From Lama glama (lineage: Eukaryota), in contig CM052817.1 of NCBI GenBank assembly GCA_028534125.1, forward strand, positions 9,674,001 to 9,738,000: a DNA stretch of 64,000 bases, in the 5' to 3' direction. Numbering within the stretch: the stretch's first letter is position 1; each line of letters begins with the position of its first letter. This document shows positions 13,555-27,948 of the stretch, piece by piece. The position numbers and the translations under genes were made by a program. The notes beneath the pieces are model-generated. The model searched no databases. It saw only the letters and a program-made list of their open reading frames with translations, and was not told where the DNA came from.

Positions 13555-14227
13555 TATACATTTCTTCAAATGATTGTGGAACTTTTAAAAACCCCTCCCA
13601 AACATGACAATTTAGGGACTGTGGTGGGAACCAGGGGTCTTTGAAAAAAGCAAATGCAGATGCACTGGTGCTGTGCCAGCTCCCTGAGCTAACACCAAGA
13701 AGCCAATTTATTTTATAATCTTAAAGAATCATATGTAGGTATGTCTGAATTGGCCCTCTGAGAATTGTTCAAATAAAGGAAATACCTTGGAAAAGAGACC
13801 ACTTTCCAAAATAAAATTTCAGAAATGTATGTCTGAAAAGATCTGCAAAGCTTGGTACAGTGTTTACCTATAAGGAGAACCAATAACCCCATTGACTTCA
13901 AAACTCAAAGTAATCTAAAAAATACTTTAAATAGCATGGCATTAGTGACATTTTTCCCCCAAAGTATTCAATTTAAAAGAAATCAGATGAAACTGTTCTC
14001 ATCCTATGAAAAGATCTAGTCCCTTTCTAAAACAAAAATACGATCTGCAAGAGAAACAACACTGTACAATTCACCAGTAAATTAAGATTTTTGAGGCCGT
14101 AAGAAATGGGGCCAAAACAAGTCACACTCAAAAAAGGATGGTTAACACAAGAAATGTGCTATAAGTAAAGTGCATGAAAGGAAGCCTGCTCAGCTAAATG
14201 AAGTAGACAAAGGTCAGAAGTCAAGGG

Positions 14228-14304
14228 TCATTCGCCAGAGCGGCAGCAGGCTCGAAAACCACACTGCAAATTCTGGCATCCGCTGGCGGTGTCAGCATGA
14301 GGAC
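14228..14304 (-). CDS. FBXL5: FBXL5 exon 11 coding part, (G)[24 protein letters not shown]; carries C676, C686, C687 of the [2Fe-2S] site
   Basis: Acceptor ttttcatacag; TGA at 14230-14228; known FBXL5 C-terminus. Confidence 0.97.
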
Positions 14305-16663
14305 CTGTATGAAAACAGAAAAGTGTGAAAGGAAGAATTTCTTATCACATAAAAATAATCTTGCTAATGAAAAAAGTAAAACACTGATTTTTCTTTTTTA
14401 CTAGTAATACACTTATAGAAGTAAAAATACCTCACAATGAATGTATAAAAAATTATTTGGAAACAAAAATCACCAATAGCAGCTTGACTGTAATATAGTT
14501 AAATGAAAAGAAAGAAGGAAAAGAAATTTTTTTGGCAACAATCTTACAAAATAAAAAATCCAAGAAGAAATGAGATAACCCACAGAAGCAATACTGCCAG
14601 GCTAACTTAACAATGGATTTCTTATACCATGAACATCCTTCCTAGAAACATAATTAAGGCAAAAACAACCCTATTTGTAAGCAATAAGCTAAAGAATCCA
14701 GTATTGAGCAATTACAATAAATATTATCTTCAAAATATCTGTTAAAAATAAACTATGCAGACATAGCCTTAACATGTCTGCCATATTTTTATTTAACATC
14801 TGTACCCCAAAAAAATCATATGGTAGGGCTAGATGAAATTATCTTGCAGAATTAAGAATATAATGAGTGATTAATTAAATAAACATATCTAAGACATAAT
14901 AAAATTGTGATTTAATTACAAAGAAAAGTAATAAAATATCTGTGGAATAACTGAGGTTTTATTCTAATCACAGTATGCTACCCAAACACTAGATTAAAAG
15001 ATCCATCAGGGAACATTGCTCAGAATTAGAAAATGTCAAAGAGTTACCACGACACATATTCAAATACTGAGTACTCTGAATGAGTCACAGTTTTCATAAA
15101 GGCAGGCAAATGTGGAAAAGATGTTTTGACTACATTGAAGCCCTGAAGGGTTGCATCATGAACAAAGTTAATGAGTTCTTTACTCATCAGTTAGAACCAA
15201 AATACCTGTAATTGTGATAAGGACCACAAAAGTACATGAAATATAATTTCATTATAGAATATATCAAATGGATTATAATTGAAAAAGCATAGCACCCTGA
15301 AATGAATCTAGACTTTAACTCAGAAAAAATGTGAAATTACTTTGTTTTGTTTTTTAAAGTAGTAATCCATTGCAAAAGGCAGCAACTATGCTAATATCAA
15401 CATAAGAAAATAATTACTTGCAACTAAACACATAAAACATACATTTCCCAGAGTTTAACTTTTCTTTGTATTCCTGAAATGGCAATATATAAGATTAATA
15501 TAAAAGGCAAATTTCTTAGGCTATGCAATCAATTAAGTATAATGTTCACATATTTCACTATGGAAATAATAATGTATATTTAAGTAAGAAAAGAAACTAC
15601 TGAACTCTACAAGCATACTGGGACTGCAGCTTCTTCTAATTTCACTTACTTTCAAATACTTATGTTTAACTTGTAAAATTAATATGATACCTGGAAAATG
15701 GGGAGCAGGTATGGGAATGGGCAATGCTATATGAGAAAAAGACTGGCCACAGGTTATAACTGCTGAAGCCAATGATACATGAGGGTTCACTATATTATTA
15801 TGTTTATGTTTTTAAAATTTCCCATAATTAAAATTTAAAATCATTTTAAATATAAAATTGAATTACCACAGCCTATTCTTTATTTAATCAAAATTAAAAT
15901 CTGTTCCAATTTTAACATGAAAAGGTAAATGTGTCAAATGCTTTGAATTCACGAAGTGGCATTTTTCCTAAGATTATTTCCCCTTAAAATAAGACACAAT
16001 GTTAGTCATCTTAACTACAGAGCCAAAATGAAATTTCCTAGTTCATACCATCAGATATTAGAAATGCCCTCGTAAGGGGTGCTATGGCTTGATACTCTTC
16101 TCTCACTAATAACCTCTAACCAGGTTTTCCTCTTGAATACATTTTCAGCTTTAACTACTATTCCTGGAGCCCTTTCTTTGCTTTCCTTTCTTCACCACTT
16201 ACATTGGTTACTGCTTTTATCTGCCAGTCACCAAGTAGAGACTTTCTCCAGGACACAGTCCCCTGCCTCATTACCATTGCCCTGAACTGACACAGTCCCT
16301 GTGATGAAATGCTTGAACTGGTGGCTTTTGTAAAAACATATCTGACTATCATTTTCTCAGTATGTAATTTTAAATTTTTTGAAAGGGAGAAATATGAGGA
16401 AAGAGAAATGGAGACTTTGGTGCAATATTCCAAACTGAAACTCCCTAAAACACTTCAAAATATCTATATTCCTATTTTTCAAAAGGATAGAAAGGCAAGG
16501 AAGAAATTTTATACTAAAATCAACAGTGGCCTATGAAAAATCATAAGCAATGGCTGAAAGCAATCAAAATGAAGCATGCTACTGGTTTTCAAGAGAGAAA
16601 ACAGCTTTAAAGGAGCCAACTGGATCAAGGAAGCTATTCAAAAGTTTCATCGTTTTCCAAACA

Positions 16664-17150
16664 CAGGCATACTTCATTTAATTGTGCTTTGCTTTATTGC
16701 ACTTTACAGATTTTGCTTTTTTTTTTTTTTTTAACAAACTGGAGGTTTGTGACAACCTTGCATTGAGCAAGTCTACTGGCATCATCTTCCCAATAGCACT
16801 TGCTGACTTCTTGTCTTGCGTCACATTTTGGTAACTCTCAGCATTTCAAGCTTTTTCATTATGATTATGTTATGGTGATTTGTGCTCGGTTATCTCTGAT
16901 GTTACTATTATGAATCAATGAAGGCTCAGATGATGGTAAGCATTTTTTAGCAATAAAATATTTTTAAATTAGATATGAACATTGCTTTTTAAGACATAAT
17001 AGTATTGCACTTAATAGACTATAGTGTAGTGTAAATGTAATCTTTACATGCACTGGCAAACCAAAATATTCATGTCGCTCACTTTATTGCAATAGTCACT
17101 TTATTATGGTGGTTTGGAACCGAACCTGCAATATTGCTGAGGTGTGCCTG
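16664..17150 (+). mobile_element. Tigger1-derived MITE (internal-deletion derivative, Tigger1a-like, 487 bp)
   Basis: Starts CAGGCATACTTC..., ends ...GAGGTGTGCCTG followed by TA; the Tigger1 5' and 3' ends are joined directly. Confidence 0.9.
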
Positions 17151-20100
17151 TATCACACAGGTTTTCATCATCCTCCCCAAAATACAGGGGCCCAGTATGC
17201 TCAGCCTACACCCTGGTGACCTGAGTCACTCTTTGCTCTCAAAGTCTAAGGGATGGTATTACGGATAATTGGGGAAGAAAAATGTAGAACTAAAAATATG
17301 CGCCCCATATTAGGTAGAATGTAATGCTGACATCTGTCAGGATCTCCTTATTCATCACAAAACAAAGTTCTCGCTCATACTGATGTGTGCGCCCTCCCTC
17401 AAATACGCACTAGAACATCTGAGTTTCACTGGAATTCTCGGTGCATAAATTGTACTTAACCAACACTAATACCAATACCAACACCAACGACCTCCAAGCT
17501 CCAATCCCATCATAAGGTCAATGACATTCAGGTGACTATCCTAATAATCCATAAAAGTGACATCATCCATGAAGGAATTGTATTTTGTTGAAGGCCTGGG
17601 GCAAAGCAAAGGTGAAGACAACCACTGTTTTTAACTTGTTAGTTTCATACTATATAAAAAAGGGGAGAACAGCAATTTCCAAATAACGGACATCGTACGC
17701 AATGATTAACAGTAAGGCCGTTAGCATCACAGAAAGATTGTTCAGAAAAGGGAGCAAATGGAAAACAGAATAAACAGACAACAGGAAAAGTGAGGCAGCA
17801 TTAGAAAGAAGTATGACTAACACTAAGTATCTCAAGTAGGAATGTGCACTTCCACAGACACAGAATTCAAAAGGTGAGTATTTGACTTATAATCCATAAA
17901 TGTTGATCTTGGTATGAGATAAAAAACTCAAATGGCTACAACATATGAGGGATAAATTGTATTAAATAACAAAGAAAATAGAAAAAACTTGCACAAATAA
18001 AATCTTTAAATGCATGGTAAAAAAATAAATTTTGTAAAAAAGCATTTTAAAAAATCAGATAAGAAGAACTACAAGTTTACTAGCTATTGTTATTTTCCCA
18101 CATTTTTCTTACTGAATGACATGTTTTTCCTAGATTTTACGCATATTACTTCTGCTGTATATCTGCACTTACCTTCACTTACCTTGAATTCCTCTTTAAC
18201 TTAAATTAGAAACATAAGAAAGCAAATCATCTGAGACTGTGTCACCTATAGAACTATGAGCTAATCTATCTTAATTCATAAATTAAACATACATTGAAAT
18301 GCAAATCAAGCCAAAAGTTTATTTGCTATCATTGATCCAATGTTCTTCAGAGCTCTGAAATTATGCAATTCTACCTAACACTTCTTAAATGACATAGAAT
18401 CTTTTAAATGTTATGGCTAAGAATTCTTGTTTTATGTCTAAATCTTAACTTGTTTATCAATCAAATAACAAATTTAAATGTCATGAAGAATCATTCAGAA
18501 TAAAAATGACATTTATGTCAATGCTTAGTAAACTGTCTTCCACACAGTAGACTTTGTCTGAGTATCTGATTACTTATTTATCTTTTCCAAAATGTCTGCT
18601 ATTGCTTAGGAAACAGAAAATTTTGTTTTATTTATCACTGTTATTTAGTTAATGAATATTATTTATCAGTATTTACTTCTTTTAGGTAGTTAGTTAACTA
18701 TGTAAACTCTCTTTTGACAAAACACATTTTTAGTTAAATGTTACTCTCAAATATTAAAATATAATCTGTCACCTAAACATACCCCCTATTAGCCTAAGAT
18801 CATGTATAAAACATAACTACTTTCAGAAATAATAAAAAATAATAATAAAAAGGAAGACCTTAGCAGTTACTAAATATTTACTATACAAGGAAACTGTAAT
18901 GAAAGATACTGGATCAACCATGTCATCTCGCAAAACTGGATAAAATGCAACTTTATTCTAATACTTTCTAGGTTGTCCATATGTCTTTTAAAGGAAACGA
19001 TTACAGCAGAGGATTGCTTTAAGAGCAACTGGTTAGAACTCTAGAACATAAGTTCATATGACAAGTTACCCTGTAAACTTTAAAGGATTTCCATTTCCCC
19101 CAAATCATGAAGCTGTAAAAAGAGACTTGGTACTGGATTATATAAGCACTGTAAATTTCCTTTCAAACCTTTCAAAGTCAGACATATTTATTAAAATTCA
19201 TTTATTGAAAATGGACCACTCATTTATCAAAAAAAAAAAAAAACTTAACATTCAATAAAAGGAATGTAGCCACTCCTTTGGAACATATTAATATTTATAT
19301 ATTTGAAACCAGTCAATATGAAAGGAATTCTAACATACTAACAAAGTACAAAAGATTTTAAGTATTTAACTTTATACTATCATTTAGATTACTTCAAGAA
19401 GTCTTAAAACACACACACACAAAACAAGTAGGCAAATATAAAAATGAAGTGAAACCCAATCCCCCTACCAACCCAGTATCTATATATATTCCAAAATAAA
19501 TGTAACGAATTCGGTTATGAGATTTATTCCCACAAGCATAATCTATGCTGAAATCAATATAAACAATTCAAGTGCAACCTACCAATAAGATGCTTTTCTT
19601 ATTAAAAAAAAAGATTGCTTACCGATTACTTTTCATTAATATGTCCTAGAAGCCTTAGTAAGTAACACTGAACCTACAATGACATAACTGTATATTAAAA
19701 AAAAAACTCCCTTCTCAAACTCACTGCATCCGCAGAAGCAGCAAGTGTTTCACTGTAGCAATCACACTTTCTTTTGTACACTTAGTGGGTTGCAACTAAA
19801 ACGACCTTCATCTTCACCATTCCTTATTATACACCGATGGCAACAGAGAGCAAAGAAATGCTCCAACTTAGTGCTGCTATTTCAAAGACATGGGAAGCCA
19901 CCTCCTGCATTGCCAGTGTGAGTCCAGAAACCAGGGAGCTGCTATCTCCTGTCTCTTCATATATATTTTAAGGAAAACCTAATCTCTGTGAAACAGCAGA
20001 TTTGCTAACTTCTCTGCCTACTATAAATGTTATTAAAGTAGAGACCATTCCTCTAGTCTTCTTGGCTCCTGTCAATTTTTCTGCCTGAGAGAAACCCGGT

Positions 20101-21004
20101 TATCTTCCCACCACCTTAAGATGAACTGGGTTCTCAAAAACAACAATATATAATGTAAAAACACATAGTGGAATCTGAACCATGTACATTTTTTCCAGTT
20201 ATAAATACAGGAGGTTGATTTGCTTACTAACAACTGAGGAACAGCTTTTTATGCCTCAGAACTTCAGTCTCTACCAGTGACTATGAAATGTCCAACGGGG
20301 GGCACTGTACGTTACTTTGAGAAAATACACTAAATAGGCCCAAAAAGCTCGTTAAACAGGCCCACTACAAGGCAGGGATAGGCTTAAAAAACAAACGAAA
20401 AAAAAAATCAAGGAAAGTTTTATCTCATGATTGTTAAAAGGAGGTTCAGGAATCAATCTCCAAAATACTGTAAGAATTTTAGTCATGTTTAAAGCATCTC
20501 AAGCCTCTTCCCAATACCACTCGGACCATCCTCCTCACTCTTCTCTGAGATTTATTTGGAACGAGATCCAGGATCCATGAAGAGCTCCCATTACCAAAAT
20601 GCTTCTTCTTCTATTATATTTTATGAAATTATCCTCCAAGAAAACTACTCTACCATCCCTAAGAATTAGATGTACCTAGAACATCAATACTTCTAAATTG
20701 TTCATGAGTACTCTTTCACGATAGAGGAATTTCCCAAAATTTTGTAAGAATGTTAGTAATTCTACAACAACTTGCCACTTTGGGCTGATTAAACAATTAC
20801 ATGCTTATAAAATCTAAAGAATGGATAGCTGAAATAACTCCCCATTAAGAACAATTTAACTTTAGAAAAGGACTAAAACTGAAAGTAAAAATATCTGGCA
20901 ACTAGAAATCTAAATAACAAAATAGAAACACTAAGAATTATCAGCACTGTTAAAAATTTCTAAATCAACTCCTCCAAAATTATCTCATTGTTAAAAGGCA
21001 TTAC

Positions 21005-21153
21005 CGTTAATGTTGTCACAGTAGTAAAAGTATTCATCATTTAGAGAAGGACATGCTGAAACCAAATCCTGCAGGCCTGCACCAGTTACAGTAAGACAAC
21101 CAGAGAGATTAAGGTGCTCCAAGTAAGGCAGCCCTCCTCCCAGAGTCAAAACC
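21005..21153 (-). CDS. FBXL5: FBXL5 exon 10, (R)[49 protein letters not shown](G); LRR, C662
   Basis: Acceptor tcttacag, donor G|gtaatg; 149 nt. Confidence 0.97.
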
Positions 21154-21497
21154 CTGTAAGAGAAGCAATTCAACAATCAGAATATATTAATTATATGGAA
21201 TCCATGAAAACTTACGTATTTCCATGGCCCAATGGACCACTATTAACAAACCTTTTAATTTGGTAATGAGAAAATTTTTAAATTTCTATAAAACATGACA
21301 ACTAACTTCCATCATTAGTCAGGATACATTTAACAAAGACATTTCTAAAGACATTCAGTAAACAAGTTTATGAAATTTTTCTTTGTTAAGAACATTAGAG
21401 TAAATCAATTTTATAGAAAGGAAGGACCAAATCCTGGAATTGTCATTTACATTCTCTTACCAGACTGTCTAAGTAAAAATTATCAAGAAATTAACTA

Positions 21498-22070
21498 ACC
21501 AGTCTGGCAGTTCCTCAGAGAGTTATGGAGTCAGCACATGACCCAAAATTACTCTCCTAGGTATATATCCAAGAGAAGTGAAAACATATATTCACAGAAA
21601 AACTTGCAAACAAATGTTCACAGCAGCATTATTCATAATACCCAGAAAGTGGAAACAACCCAAATGTCTATTAATGAATGGGTAAACAAAATATAGTCTA
21701 TCCATACAATTACATATTATGTAACCATGAAGTACTGATACCTGCTACAGCATGGATGAACCTTGAAAACACTGTGTTAATGAAAAAAGCCAGACACAAA
21801 AGACCACACACTGTATGATTCTACTTATATGAAATGTCCAAAATAGGCAGAACAGAGAGACAAAGTAGATTAGTGGTTGCCAGGGGCTAGGGGCAAAGAA
21901 AAATGAGGAATGACTGCTAATGAGTATGGAGTTTCTTTTTGGTATAATGAAAATGCTTCTGAACTTGACAGTGGTAACAGTCACCGATCTTGTAAATATA
22001 TTAAAACCACTGACTTGTACCCTTTAAAAGGATGAATTTAATAGTATGTGAATTTCATTTCAACAAAAAT
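21498..22070 (+). mobile_element. L1 3' end fragment (L1MB-like)
   Basis: 'ctcctaggtatatatccaagagaagtgaaaacata...ggaaacaacccaaatgtc...tagtggttgccaggggct', typical L1 3' region. Confidence 0.85.
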
Positions 22071-23133
22071 GAAAACCCAATACTGTAGAAGATTAAAAAT
22101 AGTAACTTATATTTTTAAAAAATGAGAAACTGGCTAAAGTGACGATGGCAGAGCTGAAAAATATCAAGAGTAAAATTGGGAACATGAATTTCCACACTAT
22201 AACAGCAAAAATTGGGAAAATTACAGTCTATCTTGAATGGGATATTAAGAAACTAATAATATAATAAATTTAGTAAAAAAAATCAGCATGATTATGCAGG
22301 TACATGGAAATCAGGAAGTAAAGTTAAGTAAAGTATGTACACAGTTAATTGAGATTAGAACAAACTGGAAATACGTATTCAGTGAGAGACACTGGTGTGC
22401 AAAGATTAGCACAAATATTTCAATGTTTTGTCACTGCACTTGAAAGAAACGCTGATTTATTAAGAACAGTTATCAAGACCCCAATACATATGAGAGATTT
22501 ACATGCGCATTTCTCCTTACATTTTGACTGAGAAGAACTGGCTGTTACTTAAATTACAGGTTCCCTGAGTCACCCCTGCAGTTCCACACCAGTGGCAGAG
22601 TTCAAACCTCAGCGGCTTGACGGGGCCAGAGCAGTTAGAGATACACATGTTTAAGAGAAGACAATTACAGAGTTTAAAGCTTCCTAATTCTTCTTTTCCT
22701 GGAAAATTAAATAGCTCATAATAAAAAACAAAACAACTTCTAAAATATGGTCTCAGAGATCTCAGAGGTTATCTCGAAGCAGAGACTACTTCATGTTCTA
22801 AAATTTTCAGTCCACTGAGGATGGACTGCATGGAGTGTAAAACTTCCCATCACAATACACTCGAGTGAACCACACACGTAGTCAACTGGCCTCACTGAGT
22901 TTAGTGCAAAACCAAGCAAGCCAACCAGTTAGGATGTCATATGATAAACGCTTTCTGGGGAATATTCTGAAGGGCCTTGGGGGGGGGGTGGCAAAAGGTT
23001 GCTCATAAGCAGTGACATTTCACATGGAACGGAGCAGAAATGAACAGAAGTTCGCCAATAAATGTATGCTAGAGAGAGAGAAGGCAAATGCAAATACATG
23101 AAGACAAGAGGAACGTGGTTTAGGAACATGGTT

Positions 23134-25489
23134 CAGGAGCACCTCAAGACACTGCAGGTCGGCTCGTGAAAATCAAAATAAAGCAAGTCACAGCATTTTT
23201 TTTGGTTTTCCAGTGCATATAAAAGTTACATTTACAGTACACTGCAGTCTACAAGTATGCAAAGGCATTATGTCTAAAAAACTATGCAAACCTTAATTTA
23301 AAATACTTTATTTTACAGCTAATTGCCCAAAAAAACCCTTCTTATATCATCTGAGCCTTCACAGCAAGCCCAGCTCTTTGCTAGCGGAGGGCTTTGCTGA
23401 CTAACCAGGGGTGGCTGCTGAAGGCTGGGGTGGCTGTGGCAACTTCTCAAAATAAGACAACAATGAAGTTTCTTTGCTGTATTGACTGACTTTTCCTTTC
23501 ACAAATGATTTCTGTGTAGCATGCAGTACTGTTTGATTTCATTTTATCCACAGGAGAACTTCTTTCAAATTGGAGTCAGTCCTCTCAAATCCTGCCATTG
23601 CTTTAACAACTAAGTTTACATAACATTCTAAACCCTTTGTTGTCATTTGAGCAATCTTCACAGCATCTTCACCAGGAGTAGATTCCATCTCAAGAAACCA
23701 CTTTCTCTGCTCATCCATTAGAAGCAACTCTTCATCTGTTTAACGTTTAATTACAAAGATAATTCATTCACATTTCATGCTTGACTTCTAATTCTAGTTC
23801 TCTATTTCCACCACATCTGCAGTTACTTCCTCCACTGAAGTCTTAAATCCCTCAAAGTCACTCCTGAGAGCTGGAATCAATTTCTTCCAAACTCCTGTTA
23901 AAACTGATATGCTGATCTCTTCCCATGAATCACAAATGTTCTTCATCGCATTTAGAATAGTGAATCCTTTCCAGAAGGTTTTCAGTTGACTTTGCCCAGA
24001 TGAATCAGAGGAATCACTCCATATGACAGTTAGAACCTCACAAAATGTACTTCTTAGACTTAAAAGTCAAAATGACTCCCTGATCTATGGGCTGCAAAAT
24101 GGATGTTGTGTGAGCAGGCATGAAAACACCACAGATACCTTTGTACATCTCCATCAGCACTCTTGTGTGACCAGGTACATTAACTATGAGCAGTAATATT
24201 TTGAAAGGAATGTTTTTTCTGAGCAGTAGGTCTCAATAGCAGACTTAAAATACTCAGTAAACCATGTAGTAAACAGATGTGCTGTCATCCAGGCTTTGTT
24301 GTTCCATCTATAGAGCACAAGCAGAGCAGATTCAGCATCATTCTAAGGGCCTCCGGATTTTCATAATGGTAAATAAGCATTGGCTTCAACTTAACATCAC
24401 CAGCTGCATTAGCCCTAACAAGAGAGTCAGTCTGTCCTTTGAAGCTTTGAAGCGAGGCACTGACTTCTCCTCTCTAGCTATGAAAGTCCTAGATGGCATC
24501 TTCTTCCAGTATGAGGCCGTTTCATCCACACTGAAAATCTGTTGTTTCGGTAGCTGCTTTCATTAATTATCTTAGCTAGATCTTCTGGATAACTTGCTGC
24601 TATAAACTAGTTTCTATACTATCAGCACTTGCTGATTGATCTTGCACTTTTATGTTACGGTTTCTTTCCTTTACACCTCATGAACTAACCTCTGCCAGCT
24701 TTCTCTTGCAGCTTCCTCACCTCTCTCAGCCTTCACAGAACTGAAGAGTTAGGGCCTTGCTCTAAATTAGGCTTTGGCTTAAAAAAATATTGTGGTTAGT
24801 CTGACCTTCTATCCAGACCACTAAAATTCTCTCCATATCAGTAAGAAGGCTGTTTTGCTTTCTTATCATTTGTGTGTTCAGTGGAGCAGGACTTTTAATT
24901 TCCTTCAAGAACTTTTGCTTTGCTTTCACAATTTGGCTAACTGGTGCAGAAGATCTAGCTTTCAGCCTATCTTGGCTTTTGACACGCCTTCCTCACTAAG
25001 CTTAATCATTTCTAGCTTTTGATTTAAAGTGAGAGATGCACAACTCCTCCTTTTGCTTTAACATTTACTGGCCACTGGAGAATTGTTAAGTGGCCTAATT
25101 TCAATACTGCTGTGTCTCAGGAAATAGGGTGGCACAAGGAGTGGGAGAGAGAAGGGGGGAACAGCCAGTTGGTGGAACAGTCAGAACACACACAGCATTT
25201 ATCAGTTAAGTCTGCCATCTTATATGGTTTGTTGCACTCTGCAACAATTACCACGGTATTATCAAAGATCACTAGTCATAGATCACCATAACAAATATAA
25301 TAATGAAAGTCTGAAATACTGAAGAATTACCAAAGTGTGACACAGAGACATGTAGTGAGCAAATGCTATTAGAAGAATGACACTGAAAGACCTGCTCAAT
25401 GAAGGGTTGCCACAAACCTTCAATTTGTGAAAGATGCCATTATCTGCAAAGGACAATACAAAGAAGTGCAATAAAATAAGGTCTGCCTG
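23134..25489 (-). mobile_element. Essentially full-length (~2.36 kb) degenerate Tigger1 DNA transposon
   Basis: TIR-like ends (caggagcacctc...; ...gtctgcctg); transposase remnant [24 protein letters not shown] (ORF 23539..23727); frame interrupted. Confidence 0.93.
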
Positions 25490-26796
25490 CATCAATGCTG
25501 AAGGAAAAGAAAACATCTGAGTACGGATTAAAAAGGGATGGCTCTGTGTTTGTGTGTTTGAGGAGGGGGGTGTTATGTTTATATTTACCTATTTATTGGC
25601 TTTTTTTGGCAGAGGTGAAGATATGAAGAAGTAAAAGAAAAAGATTTAAAGAAGGTAAGACATAAACTACAGGGGTAAGCAAAGGCCAACAATCTGAATT
25701 TTAACAAAAGGGCAGTAAGACTCACTGAAAGGTTTAGACAGAGGAGTAACAGCAAGTAATAAGAAGTGCATTCTAGACAGATCACTCTAGTCTAGTTTCT
25801 ATCCCTAATGCCCAAGGATGTCAGGCACAGGCCAACAAAGTAAAATACAAAATGAAAATACATTCTCTGTCCTCAAAGAAACATTTAAACAAAGTATTGA
25901 CAATGCATGCAATAAAAAAAGTTATAGAAATATAATCAACTTATAGAAACAATACAGACCAGGGAGTGATTCAACAGCAATCATCTTTTCTTGACTATGT
26001 GTAAGCACACCTGACTGTCCTTTATGATTCGATTACCACATTCTGCTGATTCTTTTTTTGCAGTTGGCTTTATTTCTTTGATAACTTTGTAAGTTTAAAA
26101 AGCTAAAACTCTAATCTATTCTTAGAAACAATTTTCAGTACACATAAGTAAACTAAAAAAATGTGCAATATCTTGTATATATGTATTTACATGCAATATA
26201 ACGTATATGTGCAAACTGTAAAAATTCTACTTAATAAAACTAAAAAAGAAAAATCAAAAAAGTAATCATTTTTAAGACTAGAACAAAATCCAGAATTCAA
26301 CAATCTATAATTTACATTATCTAGTATTCAATCAGAAACTACTAGACACTCAAAGAATCAAGAAAGAAAATCAATCAACAGAAATAGAACAGTAAGCGAT
26401 AAAGATAATGAAATTAGTAGATAATGGCTTTAAAACAAATTTTATATTTTAAATACACTCAAGAATTTCAAAGAAAATGTAAATATAATGAAAGTAACAG
26501 GAAAATACATCTACATATTTTAATGTTTTTCTATGTGTCAATATATTTACATACATTATTTATGTATTGATATGTGTGTATATGTATATATGATGGGAGA
26601 GAGCACAAGTGTACCAAGTGAAACTTCTAAAGATGAACATAGTATCTGAAATGAAAAATACAGTGAATGAGATTAGCATTCTACTAATGATTAGACATTG
26701 CAAAAATGATTACCGGACTTAAAGAAGAACCAGATTAGCCAAAATGAAGAACCAGGAGAAAAAAGAACAAAAACAGTAAAAAGAAAAAAGCCCTAG

Positions 26797-27289
26797 TGTT
26801 ATGGGTTGAACTGTGTCTCCTTCCCCCCAAAAAACATATGTTGACGTCTTAACCGTCAGTATCGTAAAAGTGACTTTAGCTGAAAATACGCTCTTCGCAG
26901 ATTTAATCAAGTTTAAATCAGGTCATTAGGATGAACCTTAATCCAATATGCCTGGTATCCTCATAAGAAGAGGGAAATTCAGACACACACACACAGGGAA
27001 AATTTAGTGTGAAAATGCACAGATACACAGACATGAAAAGGAGATGACCATGAGAAGAATGAGGCAGAGACTGGGGTTATGTATATGCTGTCACAAGCAC
27101 AGCAACCCCTGGATCTATAAGAGGTTGGAAGAGTTAAGAAAGGATGCCCTTTTAGAGGTTTCAGAGGGAGCATGGTTTGGCTAACACCTTGATCTTGGCT
27201 AGACTGCAGAACTGTGAGAAAATAAATTTGTATCATTTTAACTACCTCGTTTGTGATACTTTGTTACGACAGTCCAGGAAACTAATGTT
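26797..27289 (+). mobile_element. MaLR solo LTR (MLT1B/C-like) inserted in the old L1
   Basis: Starts TGTTATGGGTTGAACTGTGTC; ends 'cagaactgtgagaaaataaattt...gtgatactttgttacgacagtccaggaaactaat'. Confidence 0.85.
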
Positions 27290-27948
27290 CTAAAGTGACC
27301 TGTAGGACAGTATCAAGCCTAACATATATGAAATTCTAGCAAGAAGCAGTGTAAAAGAATAAGGAGGAGAGAAAAATACTTGAAGAAATAACAGCTGAAT
27401 TGTTTTCCAGTTTTATGACTGCTAGAAACAACAGATCTAAGAATTTCAATAAACCCCAAGCAAGATAAAGGTGAATAAAACCTCACCAAGGCATACCACA
27501 GGCAAACTGCATTAAAAGCAGAAAGAAAAAAAGTCAAAGTAGCTGGAGAGAAAAAAAATTGTATCACATATGGAAGAACAAAGATAAAAGCGAAACAGAC
27601 TTTTAGGAAATTACACAAGCTGAAGACAATGGAACATCTTGCAAGTGCTAATAAGACAAAGCTACCAAGCTAGAGCACGATACACAGTGAAGACCTTTCT
27701 ATAACGAAGGTGACAGCTTTTCAGACAAGAGCTAAGAGTGTTCACTGCCAAAAGACCTATAGTGTAAAAAACTACAGAGAATACTGCAGGCAAAAGAAAA
27801 ACAATACCAAATCGAAAGAAACATGAACCTGTACAAAAGACTGAAGAATGCCAAAAAAGGTGAAACAAGACTTGTTAATTTTTCTAAAAGACAACTGTCT
27901 AAAGAAAAAAATATCAACAATGTATTATGGGGTTTAAAACTTTTAAGA

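Noticed and set aside
13650..14275. Possible iron-responsive elements (CAGUGN loops) in the FBXL5 mRNA, also CAGUGG just before the start codon
   Set aside because: The CAGTGT/CAGTGC hexamers I checked lack the 5-bp upper stem and bulged C; the 5' one has G at position 6.
23134..25489. Domesticated Tigger transposase gene (TIGD-like)
   Set aside because: Only short ORF remnants remain, with multiple stops and frameshifts.
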